A DNA stretch of 32,000 bases from a bacterium. GTDB taxonomy: Bacteria > UBP7 > UBA6624 > JBBIMK01. This document shows positions 27,068 through 32,000 of this stretch, one piece after another. Where the stretch lies: assembly GCA_037444445.1 (NCBI GenBank), contig JBBIMK010000016.1:1-32000 (forward strand), in the 5' to 3' direction. The number at the start of each line of letters is the position of its first letter. The stretch's first letter is position 1. The position numbers and the translations under genes were made by a program. Under the pieces are notes generated by a model, which was not told the origin of the DNA, made no database searches, and saw nothing but the letters and a program-made list of their open reading frames with translations.

Positions 27068-27970
27068 TTATGACTCGGGGATGTTCGTAATCTTCAGCAG
27101 GTTTGCGACTTCTACTACGGGTTGATAATCGGCATCATAAACTTCCGTCAGCCCGTCAATTTCATACAATTCCATCAAATACTTTTTCCCTTCGGATGTG
27201 GCAGCGATTTTTCGCAGGCTCTCTTTTAAGCGTTTTTTCATTTCCTGGGGCAAATCCTTCCGAACGGAAATATTATCGTTGGGAATCCAATCGGTATAAG
27301 CGAGGACCCGGGTTTTCTGCATCACATCGGGGAAAGTTTGAGCCACACGGGTGCGGGCGTCCTCAAAAGTAGCCCCCCCATCCACCGTCCCTTGCAACAG
27401 AGCAAATACTACTTTATCATGCCCGCCTGCAAAAAAGACTTCTTTCATATCCCTGTCCGGGTCTATCCCTTCCTTTATCAGCATGGCTTTCGGAAATAAA
27501 TATCCAGAGGTAGAAGAGGCTTCTACGAAAGCAAATCGCTTTCCTTTTAACTCCGCCAGAGATTGAATCTCCCCTGCGCGAACCAGTATCTGCCCTCTAT
27601 AGGATTTTTTCCCACCGTTGCGTGTGACCATCAAAAGGGCTTCTATGCCGTATTTCTGATGCCCGAGAACGTAAGCAAGAGGAGGAAGCCAGCCCACATC
27701 AATAGTTCCTGCTCCCATTCCCTCTACTACCACAGAATAACTGGTGGGAATAGAAGTTTTGATTTTCAGCCCTGCTTCTTTTTCCAGAAGACGGGCCAGA
27801 GGCTCCCCCGTCTTCAGAATTTTCTGGGTTTCAATAGAGGGGACAAAAGCCATCGTAACGGAGTTTTCTTCCGTCCGAGAGCACGCGAAACATATTCCTA
27901 TCACCCATAAAATAAACCCACAAAAATTATAAACTTCTTCCTTTGTGACATCCTTCGCCCTATTCCTCAA
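27068..27970 (-). CDS. phnD: Phosphate/phosphite/phosphonate ABC transporter substrate-binding protein PhnD
   Basis: 300 aa. VTMAFVPSIETQKILKTGEPLARLLEKEAGLKIK and FAFVEASSTSGYLFPKAMLIKEGIDP are typical of PhnD. The 5' end is uncertain. The choices are TTG 27970, or ATG 27951 in another frame, which would need a 1-nt frame correction (see findings). Confidence 0.82.
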   Translation of the reverse strand: MRNRAKDVTKEEVYNFCGFILWVIGICFACSRTEENSVTMAFVPSIETQKILKTGEPLARLLEKEAGLKIKTSIPTSYSVVVEGMGAGTIDVGWLPPLAYVLGHQKYGIEALLMVTRNGGKKSYRGQILVRAGEIQSLAELKGKRFAFVEASSTSGYLFPKAMLIKEGIDPDRDMKEVFFAGGHDKVVFALLQGTVDGGATFEDARTRVAQTFPDVMQKTRVLAYTDWIPNDNISVRKDLPQEMKKRLKESLRKIAATSEGKKYLMELYEIDGLTEVYDADYQPVVEVANLLKITNIPES

Positions 27971-27991
27971 TTCCTGGTATACAAGCCCTTT

Positions 27992-28255
27992 TCAAGGAGT
28001 TTCCTCAACGATTTTGAACACCGAATCCAACTCATGCACCGGCTCAATCACCTGTAATCCAATCACCTGACCGGGCAGGGCTTCCTGAACCTTCTGATGC
28101 TCAATTTCCATAGATGTGACAGGCTGTGTAAAGTCGGTGTGCTTCCCCCGGATGCGAATGAGGTCTCCCACTTTCAAGGGGGCAAGGGTAATTTCCACGA
28201 TAGCCACCCCGATTTTCTTGTAAAAATGCGTAATTTTCCCCACTTCTGTCTCCAT
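27992..28255 (-). CDS. Translation-elongation-factor-like miniprotein (stand-alone EF-Tu domain II beta-barrel)
   Basis: 87 aa. VGKITHFYKKIGVAIVEITLAPLKVGDLIRIRGKHTDFTQPVTSMEIEHQKVQEALPGQVIGLQV fits the small EF-Tu-domain-2-like family. AGGAGG lies 9 nt upstream of the ATG. phnD starts 21 nt downstream. Confidence 0.6.
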   Translation of the reverse strand: METEVGKITHFYKKIGVAIVEITLAPLKVGDLIRIRGKHTDFTQPVTSMEIEHQKVQEALPGQVIGLQVIEPVHELDSVFKIVEETP

Positions 28256-28277
28256 CCCTTCACACCTCCTGACAGAT

Positions 28278-28286
28278 ATTATACCA
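28278..28286 (-). promoter_or_regulatory. Extended -10 promoter element (TGGTATAAT) for the miniprotein-phnDCE operon
   Basis: The minus strand reads TGgTATAAT, followed 7 nt later by AGGAGG and ATG 28255. The -35 region is poor (TCAGCC), as is usual for extended -10 promoters. Confidence 0.4.
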
Positions 28287-28330
28287 CACCTGAACCCGGA
28301 AGGCTGACGATTAGATTTGAGGGGCGCTCT

Positions 28331-29326
28331 TTACGGCAGGCTGGATCCCTCTAATGCGGTTGTAAGAGGAGCCATTTTTACAGGCGCGGTTTCCGGCACC
28401 ATTTCTATCCAGGTGACGCCCGCAGGGAGCATCAGCGCCGCCCCGCTGGGATAATAATAAATGGTTCTATCGGAAAGGGAAGATTTTTGCCAGCGAATCT
28501 CTGCCATTTTCCCGCCCGAAAGAATATATCCCTTCCCACTGCCCACCACTTTCATATCAATTCGCCAGGTCGGGGCTTCATCTATATTCCAGATGGAAGT
28601 GAGTTGAATGAGGATATTCCGGGCTACGATTCGTGAGCCGTCTGAGGCATCATTCTGAGGCTCATCGTTGATGGAGCGAAGGTAAACTCCCCGCGAATCA
28701 TCATAATCCCAGGAAACACTGTTGGGAACTTTCGTGCTGATATGAAATGAGATTTCCAGATGGTGTACATTTTTTTCACCGCGGATTTCAGCCCCTGGAG
28801 AGAAAAACAGCACCCGAGAATTTCCATGATTGCCGGAGCCCCATCCATTCATTTCGGCCATTTTCCGTGCCTTTTCCGCGCTCACATAAGCATTATAGGG
28901 CGCCTTTCTGCTGGTGCTTCGGAAGAATATGCCCTGAGTGTTCGGGTCAATGCCATCCAGGTGGTTAATCCCCATTACCACAAGGTCATTCCAGGCTCGG
29001 GGGCTACCGCCGTAATGAATCAAAAAGGCCTGATGCTCCTGGATGTAAGGAAGAAAATAGTGGCGGGCAGAACGCACAGGCCCGATAACAGCGGGAGGTT
29101 CGTTGTAAAAGAAGGCAAGATACCGGGTAATGCCTCCTTCCACTCGGAACTCATACACGATGTCCGCTTTAGAAAGCCCCGTTTGCGGACGAGACATTGC
29201 CACATTATCTATCACCACCGCCATCACACGATGATTCCCGTTAGCGTTCGCCGGGAAATAAGTCAGAATGAGGAAAACAAAAATGGCAAACCCCTGCACC
29301 TTGACCCTCCATCCCCGTTCTCTCAT
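28331..29326 (-). CDS. DUF3048 domain-containing secreted protein (YerB-like)
   Basis: 331 aa with a signal peptide. VMAVVIDNVAMSRPQTGLSKADIVYEFRVEGGITRYLAFFYNE...IGPVRSARHYF closely matches the DUF3048 N-terminal consensus seen in B. subtilis YerB-type proteins. Confidence 0.82.
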   Translation of the reverse strand: MRERGWRVKVQGFAIFVFLILTYFPANANGNHRVMAVVIDNVAMSRPQTGLSKADIVYEFRVEGGITRYLAFFYNEPPAVIGPVRSARHYFLPYIQEHQAFLIHYGGSPRAWNDLVVMGINHLDGIDPNTQGIFFRSTSRKAPYNAYVSAEKARKMAEMNGWGSGNHGNSRVLFFSPGAEIRGEKNVHHLEISFHISTKVPNSVSWDYDDSRGVYLRSINDEPQNDASDGSRIVARNILIQLTSIWNIDEAPTWRIDMKVVGSGKGYILSGGKMAEIRWQKSSLSDRTIYYYPSGAALMLPAGVTWIEMVPETAPVKMAPLTTALEGSSLP

Positions 29327-29647
29327 ATTCTCATCCTCCCTCTCTCCATTGAGTTTCTCTCCCGCACTATGTTCATTACTCTGTGCATCATTTTTTCATT
29401 ATATCATATAATAGCCTGCATAGCGTTACATTATCTGATAATTATGCTCACTTCAAAAATCAGTCAAAAGAAACGAGAGATAGGGTAGTAAATAGAAAAT
29501 AAAAATAGAGGAAAGCAGGCAGATGCCTGAATTCGTTGAAGTATTTCTGTTCTCCAGGTGAGGCCATTTGATTTAGAAGCGATGATAAATTGGAAAGACT
29601 GGTTTGTAATAGAGAGTGAAAGGTTCGCGCAAAGGAGGCATTTGGAG

Positions 29648-29875
29648 ATGTGGAAAGAAAGGATTGTATCGGCCCCGGCAATTTGTGGAGGTGAGCCATG
29701 CATCCGAAATACTCGTATTCCAGTGCATATTATTTTGAGTCATCTGGCGGGAGGGGATGATATGGAGACGATTTTGAAGAACTTTCCCCGTCTCGGGCGA
29801 GAAGATATTCAAGCCTGTCTTGAATTTGCTTCTTATCTTGCCACTGAAAAAGAAATCCCGGTAAAGTCCCCTTGA
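29648..29875 (+). CDS. DUF433 domain protein (putative antitoxin-like HTH), apparently orphan
   Basis: ICGGEPCIRNTRIPVHIILSHLAGGDDMETILKNFPRLGREDIQACLEFAS is the DUF433 consensus. ATG 29648 has AAGGAGG 9 nt upstream and gives the usual ~75-aa size. The track start at 29558 is a GTG extension. Confidence 0.8.
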   Translation: MWKERIVSAPAICGGEPCIRNTRIPVHIILSHLAGGDDMETILKNFPRLGREDIQACLEFASYLATEKEIPVKSP

Positions 29876-30017
29876 CACTTTTTGTCCGCCCGAGAAGCCC
29901 TGCCCGTTCTATCACTTTCGTATTTCGGCTATGATACTGCCCGAAGGGCAATTTACAATACAATTGAAACGCCAGGCTTAACACCTTCTTGGACCAATCT
30001 TTAGTAGATCTTCCCAT
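29867..30017 (-). pseudogene. 5' remnant (~50 codons) of an HNH-type endonuclease gene
   Basis: WSKKVLSLAFQLYCKLPFGQYHSRNTKVIERAGLLGRTKSV matches, from memory, the conserved N-terminal module (W...EL.lA..LY.+iPFG..H.RNP.II.L....GR...SV) of ~280-aa HNH endonucleases. The rest of the ORF has no protein-like continuation and runs into the DUF433 3' end. No HNH motif is present. Confidence 0.4.
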
Positions 30018-30063
30018 TTACTCAACAGGATTTTGAAACGGTCTCAACAATGCATCATGAGAG

Positions 30064-30772
30064 TCAAGGGTGGGGAACCCAAAATCCATCTTTTAAATTG
30101 CAATAATACTTTTGTGGTGGATAGCATCCATTAATGGACGTACCAAAGGCTGTTTTACCAGAATACTGAATAGTAACTTCAAGAGTAATCAAATTCATTT
30201 CTTCATCAGGATTTGCTTTTGCTTCTTCCCACAATTCTTCCACACTGGTATTGTTTTCTTTCAGTAATTTCTCAAACCAGCCTGTGTATCCTGTATAAGT
30301 TAACCCCGGCCAACAGGTCCAAGCCTCTTCTCCATTATACTTTTGTCCGAAAACATGGCTCTATTCCCTTTTATTTGGGGATTCAGATTGACCTTGATTT
30401 TGAGGGGAATTTTAGACTTATTAGTAATAATCACCCGTGGTTGCATATGCGACGGTCGTGGCTCGGGTAGGCCTGCCCATGGCTCTTGTGGTATTAACTG
30501 GAATAATATACTTGGGGTTAGTTCTACATCAATAAGACTTTTCGTAGCATTAGCTGTTTCTTGCCCTGATTTCGCTATTTGACCTGTATATATAACATAT
30601 AATACAAGACCTGAAAGAGAACCTCCCAGAAGAAGTATCTGTGCAATTGTTGCAAGTTCACCCACATTATTCTGAGCAACTCTCCACTGATGATATAAAA
30701 AACAACCAAAATAATGGTGAAACCGAGAATCAGAAGTGGCAACCAAAATAAGCGTGGGCGCGTTCCCGCCAT
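30064..30772 (-). pseudogene. Membrane-anchored protein of unknown function, spread over three reading frames
   Basis: - Segment 1 (frame of the 30575-30772 ORF): MAGTRPRLFWLPLLILGFTIILVVF.
- Segment 2 (frame of the 30300-30923 ORF): ...NNVGELATIAQILLLGGSLSGLVLYVIYTGQ...KIKVNLNPQIKGN.
- Segment 3 (third frame, to TGA 30064-30066): GQKYNGEEAWTCWPGLTYTGYTGWFEKLLKENN...CNLKDGFWVPHP.
- The first junction coincides with a run: A6 at 30697-30702.
- The second junction can only be placed within 30303-30360; the candidate runs there are A4 at 30350-30353 and T4 at 30341-30344.
- Adding one base at each junction joins the frames.
- The start is weak (no SD). Confidence 0.35.
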
Positions 30773-30805
30773 CGGAAGGTATTATATCATACGAGCCAGA
30801 AAAGG

Positions 30806-31287
30806 ATGTGGCTAATAGGGGAAGCAACAGTGGGGATGAGGGAATTGCCTGTGGAATTGCAAGATCTGGTGGTGGATACTGCCGCCACTTATACAGTTTT
30901 ACCCAGGAAAGTGCTGGAATCACTGGGTGTGACAGCTAAAAGCCGTGTGGAGATAGGGATTGCGGATGGATCCGTGATTTACCGTGGTATGGGAGAGAAG
31001 TGCGATTGAAATTCAATGGGGAAGTAATGTTCGTGCCAGTTATTTTCGGTGAAGCCGGTGATGTTACTGTTCTTGGAGTCACGGCTCTGGAAATTTTTCG
31101 TTTGACTGTGGATGCTGTGAATCAACGGCTGGTGCCTACTCGCTTGCTCTGGCTTGTTTATACCTTTTTTGTGAATGACTTGCAGGATGATGAAATGTAT
31201 GAGAAAGGAGATGTAACGAGTGCGGAGTGGGGAGTGCGGGGTGCGGAATTGGAAAGTTCTCAGAAGAAGCTTAACGAGATGGAATAG
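30806..31287 (+). pseudogene. Second retropepsin-like aspartic protease gene (AF_0612-like short form), frameshifted, with D-T-A in place of D-T-G
   Basis: Frame 1 (30806-31009) reads ...ELQDLVVDTAATYTVLPRKVLESLGV...IADGSVIYRGMGE. Frame 2 (from 31000) continues VRLKFNGEVMFVPVIFGEAGDVTVLGVTALEIFRLTVDAVNQRLVP. Together they form one complete retropepsin domain. Adding one base near 30995-31000 fuses them. Confidence 0.55.
31219..31246 (+). repeat. Tandem heptamer repeat (AGTGCGG AGTGGGG AGTGCGG GGTGCGG)
   Basis: Four consecutive 7-nt units with the consensus RGTGSGG, read directly from the sequence. They lie in the non-homologous 3' tail of the second retropepsin ORF. Confidence 0.7.
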
Positions 31288-31486
31288 AGCCGGTGAGAAG
31301 TTCCACCTGGACCTTCTTTTCTTCCCTGGCACGCTGGGAAAATCGTAGGATTTCTATCCCCAGCACTTCACCTTTCGCGTCAAAGTCAGCAAGAATTCCA
31401 GATGCTACTTCCTCCGTGTGGTCAATGGAACCTTCTGCAAGGTAAATATAAATTGCATCCACAGATGGGTCGTAAGTGATTTTCAT
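31271..31486 (-). CDS. DUF2283 domain protein (putative antitoxin partner of DUF4258)
   Basis: MKITYDPSVDAIYIYLAEGSIDHTEEVASGILADFDAKGEVLGIEIL is the DUF2283 consensus. ATG 31486 has GGAGG 8 nt upstream. The ORF-track start at 31564 is an artefactual extension. Confidence 0.85.
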   Translation of the reverse strand: MKITYDPSVDAIYIYLAEGSIDHTEEVASGILADFDAKGEVLGIEILRFSQRAREEKKVQVELLTGSIPSR

Positions 31487-31751
31487 TTTTCTTTCCTCCA
31501 GTATTTTTGGACTTTTGATGGAACATAAACTGTTGCAACCGCAAGCCCCCAGGCGTCTCATCAAAAAATATTCTTACCAGGTATTCTTTTTCAGGTTGGA
31601 CAAGTAAATGAATTTTCTTCTGCGCTACCTTCATTCCTTCTTCCATTATAATCTGGTCAGGATTTTGAAGGCAATCCATCACAGTTTCAACAGCAATTTT
31701 CCTTTCTTCCAGCCTTCTCAGGCAGTGCTCACTAATGTGGATGGTTTTCAT
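31483..31751 (-). pseudogene. DUF4258 domain protein (putative toxin), interrupted by a 1-nt frameshift in a G5 (plus-strand C5) run
   Basis: MKTIHISEHCLRRLEERKIAVETVMDCLQNPDQII... is the DUF4258 N-terminus (start ATG 31751, GAGGGA 4 nt upstream). After ...FFDETPGG the frame is lost. With one extra G in the run at 31546-31550 the reading continues LAVATVYVPSKVQKYWRKEK*. That is the family's canonical C-terminus, and its TGA overlaps the DUF2283 ATG (ATGA). Confidence 0.75.
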
Positions 31752-31923
31752 TTGTTCCCTCGTGTGCAACAAGATTATATCAGGACACTCAGGCGTTTCC
31801 CTCATTCTATTCCCCTTCTCCCGGTAGGAATTGTCGGGACTTTCTTCCTGCGGTCGGTCGCTCTGCGGGAGAGGAAGCTTGGATTAGCGGATGTGGTAAA
31901 ATAGCAGAGGTATGGGGGAGAGG

Positions 31924-32000
31924 ATGAAAAGAAAAAACTTAAAAATTTTGTTTGTTTTATTTCTGTGGGTGTTTCCTTTATTCTATTTTTCTACTGGAGG
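31924..32000 (+). CDS. 5' end of a gene for a secreted or membrane protein (truncated by the window edge)
   Basis: ATG 31924 is preceded by GGGGGAGAGG. It encodes MKRKNLKILFVLFLWVFPLFYFSTG..., a classical signal-peptide-like N-terminus, and stays open to the window end. Confidence 0.4.
   Translation, partial: MKRKNLKILFVLFLWVFPLFYFSTG

Noticed and set aside
28760-29488. A 242-aa plus-strand ORF antisense to the DUF3048 gene. Similar long shadow ORFs occur at 17497-18177, 19561-20067, 20868-21377, 12565-13062 and 8780-9316.
   Set aside because: The translations have nonsense-like composition (His/Arg/Ser/Pro-rich, no motifs, no SD). Each fully overlaps a gene with clear family signatures. 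They are shadow ORFs.
29872-29990. A possible remnant of the PIN-like DUF5615 partner downstream of DUF433 (frame reading FLSAREALPVLSLSYFGYDT...).
   Set aside because: There is only a vague resemblance to the FL.DENLP start of that family. There is no start codon or SD, it is short, and the opposite strand has a better explanation (the HNH remnant).
30714-30815. A 33-codon basic ORF (MVKPRIRSGNQNKRGRVPAIGRYYIIRARKGCG) overlapping the start of the second retropepsin gene.
   Set aside because: It has no SD and no recognisable family, and it overlaps the minus-strand pseudogene. It could be a degenerate partner gene, but support is insufficient.

Overview
The window looks like a chromosomal segment of a diderm bacterium. 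Its lineage cannot be fixed from sequence alone. Internal genes have strong GGAGG Shine-Dalgarno sites and the proteins are K/E-rich.

Plus-strand block (0.2-11.3 kb):
- bshC-bshA (bacillithiol) plus a GT-C-type membrane glycosyltransferase
- tRNA-Pro(GGG) with its own near-consensus promoter
- ribF-rpsO-rplY-pth
- a System-I cytochrome c maturation block: a TlpA/CcmG-like::rhodanese fusion, ccmF with an extra N-terminal CXXCH module, a Cys-rich ccmH, and a ccmI-like miniprotein

Minus-strand block (11.3-29.3 kb):
- an operon of ArsR, DUF2892, a half-length broken COG1033/MMPL-type RND gene, a LolA-like protein and a beta-barrel outer-membrane protein (OMP)
- a MacAB-type efflux operon with two tandem permease paralogues and a translationally coupled coiled-coil miniprotein
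- rarA
- a 1.3-kb inserted cassette: a DUF5678-like fusion protein coupled to a retropepsin-like aspartic protease, plus an orphan ORF
- ligA
- phnDCE, headed by an EF-Tu-domain-II-like miniprotein
- a DUF3048 protein

From about 29.4 kb to the window end there is a decaying accessory islet. It holds an orphan DUF433 gene, an HNH nuclease remnant, a multiply frameshifted membrane-protein gene, a second frameshifted retropepsin-like gene, and a DUF4258/DUF2283 pair broken at a homopolymer.

I recognised no rRNA, CRISPR array, transposase or integrase.

Most worth a second look:
- the coupled DUF5678-like/retropepsin cassette (this gene type occurs twice in the window)
- the CXXCH-CcmF fusion within an atypical ccm block
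- the ArsR/DUF2892-controlled RND-LolA-OMP triad with its broken transporter
- the cluster of single-base frameshifts in the islet

All family assignments come from motif recognition by eye. No database search was run.
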